From positions 11,097 to 75,096 of the IMG/VR virus record IMGVR_UViG_3300049982_000337: a stretch of 64,000 nt of DNA; one strand, given 5' to 3'. Positions 25,455-34,117 of the stretch are shown here, piece by piece. The notes below the pieces were generated by a model. It was given only the letters and a program-made list of their open reading frames with translations, made no database searches and had not been told where the DNA came from. The stretch's first letter is position 1, and each line of letters begins with the position of its first letter. Source of the stretch: a virus. Its lineage: Duplodnaviria > Caudoviricetes. The position numbers and the translations under genes are program-made.

Positions 25455-26797
25455 TGGCTGTCCCCAAGCGCCTCTACCCGCTGCGACCCCACGGGAAGCA
25501 GGCGGCCTGGATGGCCAGCACCGCACGGTTCAATGTCGTGCCGGCCGGACGCCGGAGCGGAAAGACCGAACGGGCGAAGCGCAAGCTCGTGAACCGCGCG
25601 ATGCGGGGGACCAGCTTCGATGATCCCCGGTTCTTCGCCGGCGCGCCGACCCGCGATCAGGCCAAGGCCATTTACTGGGCGGACCTGAAGGCGATGATCC
25701 CGCGGGCCCTGATGGCCTCGGCGCCCAGCGAGACCGAGCTCTGCATCCGCCTGATCACGGGCGCCGAGGTCTGGGTTCTCGGCATGGACAAGCCGGAGCG
25801 GATCGAGGGGCGGCCGTGGGACGGCGGCATCCTCGACGAGTTCGGCAACATGAAGCCGACGGCCTGGGGCGCGAACGTCCGGCCGGCGCTCTCGGACCGG
25901 CGCGGCTGGTGCGACCTGATCGGGGTGCCCGAGGGGCGCAACCACTACTACGAGCTCTACAAATACGCCCAGGGCGACGACCCCGAGTGGGACTTCTTCA
26001 GCTGGTTCTCCTCCGACATCCTGCCGGCTGAGGAGATCGCGGCGGCCAAGCGCCAGCTCGACGAGCTTCTGTTCGCCCAGGAGTACGAGGCGAGCTTCAT
26101 CAACTTCACGGGCCGGGCTTACTACCCGTTTCTCGATACAAGCCACACCGCCCCGCTCGCCTACAATCCGGACGCGACGCTGGTCTTCTGTTTCGACTTC
26201 AACGTCGAGCCCGGCGTGGCGGCGATCTGCCAGGAGCAAGTCCTGCCCGGCCAGTACGAGCGCAGCCCCGAGGGCGTGGCGCTGTTGAACAGGCCCATCA
26301 CCGGCACCGCCGTCATCGGCGAGGTCTGGATACCGGCCAACAGCAACACCCCGGCAGTCTGCCGCAAGCTGATCGCTGACTGGGGCGCCCACCGGGGCAA
26401 GATCATCTGCTACGGCGACGCCACCGGCGGCTCGCGCGGCTCGGCCAAGGTCGAGGGCAGCGACTGGGAGCTGATCGCCAAGGAGTTGCGGCCGCACTTC
26501 AAGGACCGGGTGTCCTTCCGGGTGAAGCCGGCCAACCCGGCCGAACGCGCCAGGCTGAACGCCATGAACAGCCGCCTGAAGACGGCGTCGGGCGAGATCC
26601 GCATGATGGTCGATCCCGCCAAGGCGCCGCATGTCGTCCGTGACCTCGAGGGCGTCGTCCTGCTGAAGGGCGGGTCTGGCGAGCTGGACAAAAAGGCCAC
26701 GGACCTGACCCACATCACTGACGGCCTCGGCTACTACGTCGAATACGAGTTCCCCGTGACCAACCGGTCGACCTCGATTACCTCCCTCAGGATCTAG
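25454..26797 (+). CDS. terL: Terminase large subunit
   Basis: AGRRSGKT Walker A, ILDEF Walker B, nuclease FDFNV, YGDATG, HITDGLGY. Confidence 0.95.
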   Translation: MAVPKRLYPLRPHGKQAAWMASTARFNVVPAGRRSGKTERAKRKLVNRAMRGTSFDDPRFFAGAPTRDQAKAIYWADLKAMIPRALMASAPSETELCIRLITGAEVWVLGMDKPERIEGRPWDGGILDEFGNMKPTAWGANVRPALSDRRGWCDLIGVPEGRNHYYELYKYAQGDDPEWDFFSWFSSDILPAEEIAAAKRQLDELLFAQEYEASFINFTGRAYYPFLDTSHTAPLAYNPDATLVFCFDFNVEPGVAAICQEQVLPGQYERSPEGVALLNRPITGTAVIGEVWIPANSNTPAVCRKLIADWGAHRGKIICYGDATGGSRGSAKVEGSDWELIAKELRPHFKDRVSFRVKPANPAERARLNAMNSRLKTASGEIRMMVDPAKAPHVVRDLEGVVLLKGGSGELDKKATDLTHITDGLGYYVEYEFPVTNRSTSITSLRI

Positions 26798-26805
26798 GAG
26801 CGCCG

Positions 26806-28266
26806 ATGACTGCGGCTGTGAACTCGCGCTCAGCCGCGATGGAAGCGCTCGCCTGCGAGTGGCCGCTGCTCGAAGCTCTGATGGGCGGGACACCGGCCAT
26901 GCGCGCGGCCAAGGAGAAGTTCCTACCGAAATTCCCGAACGAGGATCTGGACGCCTACAAGGCCCGCCTCGAGACCGCGACCCTGTTCCCCGCCTACCGT
27001 CGCACAGTCGCGGTCATGGCGGGCAAGCCGTTCGCGAAACCGCTGACATTCTCCGCCGAAACGCCCGTCGAGATCCGTGGCGAGGCCGCCGACGAGAAGG
27101 TGCCCGGGTCGAAGGACGTGGCCGGCTGGGCCGACGATATTGACCGTGAGGGCGTCAACCTTCACACCTTCGCCTCGGAAATGATGGTCGAGGCCCTGGC
27201 CTTCGGCCTCGGCGGGATCCTTGTCGAAGCCCCGAAGCCGATCCAGGGCGCGGCCCTGACCGTCACGCGTGCCGAGCAGGCCGCCGCCGGAGTCAGGCCG
27301 TATTTCGTCAGGGTCCGGCACAACCAGATCCTCGGCGCCCGGCTGGATCGGATCGCGGGCAAGGCAGTGCTGACGCAGCTCCGCCTGCTGGAGCATGTCA
27401 CCGAGGCTGACGGCGAGTGGGGCGAGAAGACCGTCGAGCGAGTTCGCGTGCTCGAGCGCGGCAGCTGGAGGCTGTTCGAGAAGAAGGCCGCGACCAAGGG
27501 CGAAGAGTGGATCTCGGTCGAGGAAGGGAGGTCCGGCCTGGCCGAAATCCCGTTCGTGCCGCTTTATGGCAGCCGGCTCGCCTACATGATGGGCGCGTCG
27601 CCACTGCTGGACCTCGCCTACCTGAACGCAAAGCACTGGCAGAGCCAAAGCGACCAGGACACCATCCTGCACGTCGCCCGGGTTCCGATCCTGTTCGGCA
27701 GGGGCTTCCAGGAAGACGACACGATCGTCGTCGGAGCCGCCACTGCCATCAAGGTCAGCAGCACTGAGGCTGACCTGAAGTTCGTCGAGCACACCGGCGC
27801 AGCGATCGATGCGGGGAAGGCGTCGCTCGACAGCCTCGAAGACCAGATGATCCAGGCCGGCGCCGAGCTGCTGGTGAAGAAGCCCGGCGCGCGCTCGGCC
27901 ACGGAATCGGCGAACGACGCCGAGGCCAACAAGTCGGACCTGCAGCGGATCACCGAAGGGTTCGAGGACAGCCTCGACCAGGCCCTGCAGTTCATGGCCG
28001 ACTACGCCAAGCTCGGCTCCGGCGGCAATGTCACGCTCTACAAGGACTTCGGCGCGGCGCTGCTCAGCGAAGCCAGCGGCCAGCTCATCGTCTCGATGTG
28101 GCAGGCGGGCATGATCTCGAAGCAGACCGCGATCGAGGAGTTGAAGCGCCGTGGCGAGCTGTCGCCCGAGGTCAACGCCCAGCTTGAAGCCGAGCTGATC
28201 GACGAAGAGGGCCCGGCGCTCGGCGCCATCACCGACGACGAGGACGACGCGGGCCTAGCCGCCTAG
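26806..28266 (+). CDS. Portal protein (DUF4055 family)
   Basis: Follows terL; YKARL..ATLFPAY, IPFVPLYG, SPLLDLAYLN.KHWQSQSD. Confidence 0.9.
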   Translation: MTAAVNSRSAAMEALACEWPLLEALMGGTPAMRAAKEKFLPKFPNEDLDAYKARLETATLFPAYRRTVAVMAGKPFAKPLTFSAETPVEIRGEAADEKVPGSKDVAGWADDIDREGVNLHTFASEMMVEALAFGLGGILVEAPKPIQGAALTVTRAEQAAAGVRPYFVRVRHNQILGARLDRIAGKAVLTQLRLLEHVTEADGEWGEKTVERVRVLERGSWRLFEKKAATKGEEWISVEEGRSGLAEIPFVPLYGSRLAYMMGASPLLDLAYLNAKHWQSQSDQDTILHVARVPILFGRGFQEDDTIVVGAATAIKVSSTEADLKFVEHTGAAIDAGKASLDSLEDQMIQAGAELLVKKPGARSATESANDAEANKSDLQRITEGFEDSLDQALQFMADYAKLGSGGNVTLYKDFGAALLSEASGQLIVSMWQAGMISKQTAIEELKRRGELSPEVNAQLEAELIDEEGPALGAITDDEDDAGLAA

Positions 28267-28270
28267 CCAC

Positions 28271-29953
28271 ATGGCCACGGCAGCGGAGCGGCTTCACGAC
28301 CAGGCGGTCATCCACCGCATCGGCCTGAACCGATATTCGAACGCGCTCGTCCGCAAGATGATGGCGCTGCTCAACCGGATCGAGGTCAACGCGGTCCAGA
28401 AGCTCGCCGACGCCGGCGTCGAGGGCGCGGGGCCCAGACGGCTGAACCAGCTGCTCGACGCAATCCGCGAGATCCAAGCCCAGGGGTGGGCGCAGCTCAA
28501 GCCGGAGCTGATGACCAACCTCGACGGCCTGGCCGCCAACGAGATGGACTTCGCCATGAAGTCCGTCGCCTTCGCCGCGGCCGCCGTCGACGTCGAGCTT
28601 GGAGGCGGCGCCCCGGCGCTGGCCCAGGTGGTCGGCGCCGTCCGCGCCAGGCCGTTCCAGGGCCGGCTCCTTCGGGAATGGCTCAACGGTGAGGAGGAGG
28701 GGACCAAGAAGCGGGTCCGCGAGGTCATCCGCCAGGGCTTTGTTGAAGGCCAGACCACAGACCAGATCGTGCGCACCTTGCGCGGGACCAAGGCCAACCA
28801 GTTCAAGGACGGCGTGCTCGAACGCTCGCGCCGCGGCCTTGAGGCTATGGTGCACACTGCGGTCACCCACACCTCGACCGTCGCCCACCAGGCCGTCTTC
28901 GAGCAGCACGCCGATGTCGTCACAGGCGTGATCTGGACGTCGACGCTGGACGCCAGGACTACGCTGATCTGCATCTCCCGGTCGGAGAAGGTCTTTCCGA
29001 TCGATAAGGGTCCGCGGCCGCCGGCGCACATCCGGTGCAGGTCGACGATGCGACCGCAGGTCCGCGCGATCGAGGGCGTGGCCCCCATGAAGGTCCAGTC
29101 CTATCCGGAGTGGCTGGCGAGGCAGCCGGCCGCGGTGCAGGACGACATCCTGGGCTCGGCGCGCGGCGCGCTCTACCGATCCGGGGGCGTGAAGGTTGAA
29201 GGGTTTGTCGATCACGCCGGCAAGACGCTTACGCTCGACCAGCTGCGGAAGCGTGACGACGCTGCGTTCAGGCAGGCGGGGCTCGACCATCCGATTAAGC
29301 CCCCGCCAGGGACGCCAAAGGACGAGATCGTTCGGTTCCTCGCCGACAAGCCGGCACAACGGGCGCTACTGACCAGGTTGATGGGCAGCGGAGCCTCCGG
29401 GATCGAGCTTCATGAGATGGTGGTCGAGGGCGCGATAGAGCGAAATGCCTGGAAGGCCGAGGTCAACGATCTCCTGGCGATCCGCCATTACACCGGCCGC
29501 GCCTACAAGGCGATCAATCAGCGGATGCGCGAGGAAGGGGGGCTGCTCGAGGACCGCCAGTTCACTGCTCTGGCAGGGCGTGGCATCGAGACCCTGCCGC
29601 AGCACGAAGGGTCGACTTGGCGCGCGCCTGCCACGCGGGCCGACGTCGCAGACCGCATGTGGGAGCGCTCCATCGTCGGCGAAGACTTTGACATGGGCAA
29701 TCACCTGATCTCCACCTCGTCGTCGCGGGCCTTCGCGGTCGATTGGGGCAGTGCCGGGCGCTTGGTGCTCAAGATCCGGAACCCAAAGGGAGCCTCGGTC
29801 GACGAGGTCTCACTCAACCGCGGGGAGGGTGAAGTTCTCTTGCCCGCAGGAATGCGTTATCGTGTGGTGCGCAAGAGCGAAGAAAACCTGCCAGGGCAGT
29901 CTGGCGCGCTTCGGAATGTGCGCCTGGTGGAGCTGGAGATCATCGAGCCGTGA
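28271..29953 (+). CDS. MuF (SPP1 gp7-like) minor head protein with a C-terminal ADP-ribosyltransferase toxin domain
   Basis: MuF WTSTLDARTT..C...PPAH..CRS. ART HYTG..YKAIN..MR, GSTWR, ISTSSS, GEGEVLLP (R-S-E). Confidence 0.88.
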   Translation: MATAAERLHDQAVIHRIGLNRYSNALVRKMMALLNRIEVNAVQKLADAGVEGAGPRRLNQLLDAIREIQAQGWAQLKPELMTNLDGLAANEMDFAMKSVAFAAAAVDVELGGGAPALAQVVGAVRARPFQGRLLREWLNGEEEGTKKRVREVIRQGFVEGQTTDQIVRTLRGTKANQFKDGVLERSRRGLEAMVHTAVTHTSTVAHQAVFEQHADVVTGVIWTSTLDARTTLICISRSEKVFPIDKGPRPPAHIRCRSTMRPQVRAIEGVAPMKVQSYPEWLARQPAAVQDDILGSARGALYRSGGVKVEGFVDHAGKTLTLDQLRKRDDAAFRQAGLDHPIKPPPGTPKDEIVRFLADKPAQRALLTRLMGSGASGIELHEMVVEGAIERNAWKAEVNDLLAIRHYTGRAYKAINQRMREEGGLLEDRQFTALAGRGIETLPQHEGSTWRAPATRADVADRMWERSIVGEDFDMGNHLISTSSSRAFAVDWGSAGRLVLKIRNPKGASVDEVSLNRGEGEVLLPAGMRYRVVRKSEENLPGQSGALRNVRLVELEIIEP

Positions 29954-30141
29954 CGGCGGAACTGTCCGAAATCCGGATCAGCAGCATGGCGGATTATCCG
30001 CCGGCGAGGCTGTATCTCGCCTCCCACAAATGGACGGATGACGGCTACACGGTCGCCGAGGCCGTGGCGCGCTACATGGAAATGCATCCGGACGCCAACG
30101 AGGACGATGTTCGGGCCGAAGTCGAGGCCGCCGCGGCGTGA
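29950..30141 (+). CDS. Small acidic protein, candidate MuF-ART immunity protein
   Basis: GTGA-coupled directly behind the toxin; 63 aa, acidic. Confidence 0.5.
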   Translation: MTAELSEIRISSMADYPPARLYLASHKWTDDGYTVAEAVARYMEMHPDANEDDVRAEVEAAAA

Positions 30142-30395
30142 AGGAAAGCGGCAGCCGCCTCCGCCTCATCGAGGGCGGTCAGCCGGACAAGCCGAAGCGG
30201 AAGCGCAAGCCCCGCGAACAAAAGCCGTGGGAATGCCGGGTCTGCGAGACCGACATCGGGACAAGGACGCGCACCCTCGTGAAGGTCCGGCATGGCGCCT
30301 TCGAAGACGGCGAGCTGAAAGTCACCGGCGGCTCCGACCACTGGGCCTGCGCCATGTGCATGGCCCGGGGAAAGCTGACCCTGCAGACCGCATGA
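30138..30395 (+). CDS. Small Zn-ribbon protein
   Basis: WECRVC...WACAMC. Confidence 0.6.
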   Translation: MKESGSRLRLIEGGQPDKPKRKRKPREQKPWECRVCETDIGTRTRTLVKVRHGAFEDGELKVTGGSDHWACAMCMARGKLTLQTA

Positions 30396-30649
30396 CCCTC
30401 GACGAACTGATCCGACAGGATCGGGACCTTCCGCACCGCGTTGAGGTCGATGCCGAGCACTACGGGATCATCCTCGACGTCGTGAAGGCTCGGCCCGGCG
30501 ACTTCGAGGTCAATTTCTGCGGCTGGCCGGTCTTCCTAGTCGACTGCAGGAACTGGGAGGACGCAGTTTACATCCGCATCCTCGGCGGCGTGATCATCCG
30601 AACCACGCCCGACAATCTGAGCAAGCCCGGCTACAGCGTCGACATCTGA
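30392..30649 (+). CDS. Hypothetical protein
   Basis: ATGA-coupled. Confidence 0.55.
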   Translation: MTLDELIRQDRDLPHRVEVDAEHYGIILDVVKARPGDFEVNFCGWPVFLVDCRNWEDAVYIRILGGVIIRTTPDNLSKPGYSVDI

Positions 30650-30654
30650 CGCCG

Positions 30655-30803
30655 GCGGGCTGCTCCCCACCAAGGCCTCGACATCTCTCTGGCGGATCAC
30701 GGGCGCCGCCACGAAGCCCATCCTGATCGTATCTCCGGCGTGTTGAGGCCTCGGTCCTTCGGGGCATGGCTTAGGAAGTAGCGCTGAAGGGTGGGAAGCC
30801 CGC
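30655..30803 (+). ncRNA. Putative multi-stem structured RNA
   Basis: Nested pairings GCGGGCT/AGCCCGC, CCCACC/GGTGGG and AGGCCTCGACA/TGTTGAGGCCT, plus a cUUCGg hairpin; followed by a terminator. Confidence 0.4.
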
Positions 30804-30808
30804 ACCAC

Positions 30809-30829
30809 GCCGCCTCCGGGCGGCTTTTT
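30809..30829 (+). terminator. Intrinsic terminator between the MuF cluster and the scaffold gene
   Basis: GCCGCC-TCCG-GGCGGC-TTTTT. Confidence 0.75.
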
Positions 30830-30840
30830 CATGCCCAGCA

Positions 30841-30897
30841 CCCGGGATCGGGGAGGGCGCACCGGGCGGGATCGCCCTTTCCGCCGGCGGATGCCGG
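30841..30897 (+). promoter_or_regulatory. Three GGAT-tetraloop hairpins in the scaffold leader
   Basis: CCCG-GGAT-CGGG, GGGCG-GGAT-CGCCC and CCGGC-GGAT-GCCGG; the last overlaps the GGAG RBS. Confidence 0.65.
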
Positions 30898-30911
30898 AGA
30901 AAGCCACCACC

Positions 30912-31724
30912 ATGAAACTGAAGACCACCCTCCTGGATGGCGTGTCCTACGCTGTCCTCGATGCCGCAGGCCTGCCGGTCTACACCCACGACGACGGTAA
31001 GGAGGTCGGGTTCGACGCCGCCGGCGCCGTGGCCACCATCAAGGCCCGCAACGGCGAGGCGCAGAGCCACCGCGAGGCCAAGGAGAGTGCTGAGGCGGCC
31101 CTGAAGGCCTTCGAGGGCATCGAGGATGCCGAGGCGGCCCGCACGGCTCTGGAGACAGTCCGTAACCTGGCCAGCGGCGACCTGAAGACGGCGGCGCAGA
31201 TCAAGGAAATCACTGACGCCGCCAAGCGCGCTGCCGAGGAGCAGGTAGCAGCCGCGGTCAAGGCCAAGGACGAGGAGATCAAGCGGGTCGCTGACGAGCG
31301 CGACAGCGTCACCTCGGCGTTCCATGGCGAACTGATCGGCGGCGGGTTCAGCCGCTCCAAGTTCATCACCGACAAGATCGCCGTGCCGGTGGACCTGATG
31401 CAGTCGCAGTTCGGCCGCAACTTCAAGGTCGAGGACAACAAGCTCGTCGCCTACGGGCCCGACGGCAAGAAGATTTACAGCCGAGCCAACCCGGGAAACG
31501 TCGCCGAGTTCGACGAAGCCCTGGAAGAGCTCGTCAACGCCTACCCCAGCCGGGATCACATCCTGAAGGGCAACATTGGAGGCGGCGGCGGTGCGCCGAA
31601 CAGCCCCCACCTGCCGAACGGCGGCAAGTCCATCGCTCGTGCGGACTTCCTGAAGTTGGCTCCCGAAGCTGCTGCGGCCACGGCCAAGGAAGCGCGCGAA
31701 GGCAAGATCGCCATCGTGGACTAA
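30912..31724 (+). CDS. Capsid scaffolding protein (DUF6651-like)
   Basis: Start at ATG 30912; PVYTHDDGKEVGFDA...NGEAQSHREAKE; precedes the coat gene. Confidence 0.85.
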   Translation: MKLKTTLLDGVSYAVLDAAGLPVYTHDDGKEVGFDAAGAVATIKARNGEAQSHREAKESAEAALKAFEGIEDAEAARTALETVRNLASGDLKTAAQIKEITDAAKRAAEEQVAAAVKAKDEEIKRVADERDSVTSAFHGELIGGGFSRSKFITDKIAVPVDLMQSQFGRNFKVEDNKLVAYGPDGKKIYSRANPGNVAEFDEALEELVNAYPSRDHILKGNIGGGGGAPNSPHLPNGGKSIARADFLKLAPEAAAATAKEAREGKIAIVD

Positions 31725-31736
31725 GTCTCTGCCGTG

Positions 31737-31773
31737 CCTCGGGATCGGGGTCGGCGCTCGGGTCGGATGGCCC
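31737..31773 (+). promoter_or_regulatory. Two GGAT-tetraloop hairpins in the capsid leader
   Basis: CCTCG-GGAT-CGGGG and GGGTC-GGAT-GGCCC, with a GGCGC spacer as in the scaffold leader. Confidence 0.6.
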
Positions 31774-31837
31774 AAACCACGGCGGGCCATCCGCCTCCTT
31801 CCACGTCCCCAAAATCCCAGCCTGAAAGGTCCCACCC

Positions 31838-33007
31838 ATGGGCACGCTTACCCTTACGAACCTCATTGGCCCGATTTACGAGGCCTTCGACGTCGTCTCC
31901 CGCGAGCGCGTCGGGTTCATCCCCGCCGTTTCGCAGGACTTCAGCGCCGAACGCGCCGCTGTCGGCCAGCTGATCACCTCGCCTGTCGTCGGCCAGATGC
32001 CGGCCGAAGACCTCACCCCCGCCGCTGCTTCGGGCGACACCCCGAACCAGACCGTCGGCACTGTGCAGATGACCATCTCCAAGGCTCGCTCGGTGCCGTT
32101 CGGGATCACCGGCGAAGAGAACAAGGGTCTGAACAGCGGGGGCAACACGGCCACGATCAACCGTGACCGGATCGCCCAGGCACTGCGGACCCTGACCAAC
32201 GAGGTCGAGGTCGACATCTACGAGGAGATGCACAAGACCGTCAGCCGCGGTTACGGCACCGCCGGCACCACGCCGTTCGGCACCAAGGACGACTTCTCTG
32301 ACTTTGCCTCCTCGCTCGAAATCCTCGACGAGAACGGGGCGCCCGAGACCGACCGCCACATGGTCCTTGGCTCGGCCGGCATCCGCAACCTGCGCGGCAA
32401 GCAGTCGGGCCTTTTCAAAGCCAATGAAGCAGGCACCGACGAACTGCTGCGTCGCGGCGTGCTCTCCGACATCGAAGGCTTCGGCATTCACCAGTCGGCG
32501 GCCATCCGCAACGCGGTTACGGCCGGCACGGGCGCCTCGGCCACCACGAACACCACCGGCTATGCGGTCGGCTCCACCGTCATCACCCTGGCCTCGGCTG
32601 GGACTGGCACGATCCTCGCCGGCGACCTGGTCGCTTTCGCGGGCGACACCCGCAAGTACATGGTGGTGTCCGGTGATGCGGATGTTTCCGGCGGCGGGAC
32701 CTTCACCATCGCTGAACCCGGCCTTCTGAAGGCGATCCCGAACTCTGCAACGGCGATCACCGTCACCGCCGCCGCCGTCCGGAACGTCTTCCTCCACCGC
32801 TCGGCCCTCCAGCTCGCCACCCGCGCGCCGGCCATGCCGGACGAGGGGGATGCTGCTGACGACGTCATGGTCATCAGGGATCCGGTCTCGAAGATCGCCT
32901 TCGAGTTCTGCGTCTACAAGCAGAAGCGCCAGGTCCGTTACGAGGTGAACCTGGCCTGGGGCAAGAAGCTGATCGCCCCGCGCCACGCCGGTCTCCTGCT
33001 CGGCTAA
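31838..33007 (+). CDS. Major capsid protein (P22 gp5-like coat)
   Basis: LTNLIGPIYEAFDVVSRERVGFIPAV...RYEVNLAWGKKLI.P.H; position after the scaffold. Confidence 0.9.
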   Translation: MGTLTLTNLIGPIYEAFDVVSRERVGFIPAVSQDFSAERAAVGQLITSPVVGQMPAEDLTPAAASGDTPNQTVGTVQMTISKARSVPFGITGEENKGLNSGGNTATINRDRIAQALRTLTNEVEVDIYEEMHKTVSRGYGTAGTTPFGTKDDFSDFASSLEILDENGAPETDRHMVLGSAGIRNLRGKQSGLFKANEAGTDELLRRGVLSDIEGFGIHQSAAIRNAVTAGTGASATTNTTGYAVGSTVITLASAGTGTILAGDLVAFAGDTRKYMVVSGDADVSGGGTFTIAEPGLLKAIPNSATAITVTAAAVRNVFLHRSALQLATRAPAMPDEGDAADDVMVIRDPVSKIAFEFCVYKQKRQVRYEVNLAWGKKLIAPRHAGLLLG

Positions 33008-33110
33008 GCCGCCACGCCCACACGACAGATCAGGGTGGGGCTTCGGCTCCACCCTGTTTTCTCACAGGCGCCCGGCTTCGGACGTCTCTGCGAAAACAGG
33101 GAGCCATCCT

Positions 33111-33770
33111 ATGCGCACCATCAACGTGAAGCCCTGGGCCGATGGCCAAGGCGAGTTCGTGATCATCGACGTCGCCAGCTTCAACCCCAAGCTCCACGAG
33201 CGGCTCGACGGCGACGACACGCCGCTTCCGGGCCCCTTCGACGACCACAGCCGCGACCAGCTGATTGACTTGGCCGTCGTCAGCTTCCGCGAGGACATGG
33301 CAGGCCTTTCCGACGACGACCTGCGCCGCGGTCTTGAAGCCCTGGACCGTCGTCGCCAGCGCGAGGCGGAGGGGCCGTTCAATGGCGCCGACCCGGACCT
33401 GTTCGACCACGACGGCGACGGCAAGCCCGGCGGCAGCCTCGGCAACGCTCCCGGCGCCCGCGGCGGCGAGGAACTGGATCGGCCTGATGGCGCGCCGGTT
33501 GGCGAGCAGGTCAGCGGAGCAACCACGGACGGGGTGATCTTGGACCCTGTCGCCGCAAAGGGCCTCACCAAGCAGGAGATCATCGCCGACCTGGAGGGCA
33601 TGGGTATCGAGTTCGACCCCAGGGCCGCCAAGGCCGACCTGCTGGCCCTGCGCAATGAAGCCCGCGCCGCGCGCGACGCCCAAGCCACCATCGACGCCGC
33701 CGCGGCAGTCGCCACCCAAGCTGAGATCGACCTGGGCGACGACACCCAGGCGTCCGGCGCCGGCGAGTAG
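33111..33770 (+). CDS. Head-associated hypothetical protein with a HeH/LEM-like C-terminal motif
   Basis: DHDGDGKPGGS motif; LTKQEIIADLEGMGIEFDPRAAKADLLAL. Confidence 0.6.
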   Translation: MRTINVKPWADGQGEFVIIDVASFNPKLHERLDGDDTPLPGPFDDHSRDQLIDLAVVSFREDMAGLSDDDLRRGLEALDRRRQREAEGPFNGADPDLFDHDGDGKPGGSLGNAPGARGGEELDRPDGAPVGEQVSGATTDGVILDPVAAKGLTKQEIIADLEGMGIEFDPRAAKADLLALRNEARAARDAQATIDAAAAVATQAEIDLGDDTQASGAGE

Positions 33771-33799
33771 AACTTCAGCAGTCAGAAAGGCTTGAGCCC

Positions 33800-34114
33800 A
33801 TGACCGTCCACGTCCTCTTCATGTCCACCCGCGGGATCGGGTCTGTCGATTCCCCCGGCCTTGGAACCGTCCGCCTACGTGAGGTGGTCACCGTGCCTGG
33901 CGTAACCGACGGCCAGGCCGAGGAAGGCGAGATCGTCATGGTCGTCAACGAAGAGGCGACCTCCATCCTCGTGGCGCACGGCCTGGATCCTGATGCCTCG
34001 ACCCTGGAGCGCACCGAAGCAAGCAGCGCAGGGTTCCCCGTTCCGGCCGCTCGCTACAGCATGCCCATCGTCACCGGCCGCGGCGACAAGGTCAGCATCA
34101 AGGCGATGGCGTAG
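33800..34114 (+). CDS. Hypothetical virion-region protein
   Basis: Beta-rich ORF in the late operon. Confidence 0.6.
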   Translation: MTVHVLFMSTRGIGSVDSPGLGTVRLREVVTVPGVTDGQAEEGEIVMVVNEEATSILVAHGLDPDASTLERTEASSAGFPVPAARYSMPIVTGRGDKVSIKAMA

Positions 34115-34117
34115 GCC

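Noticed and set aside
25412-29359. Long minus-strand ORFs opposite terL, portal and MuF
   Set aside because: Shadow ORFs with low-complexity Arg/Gly/Ala content; the plus strand carries clear structural genes.
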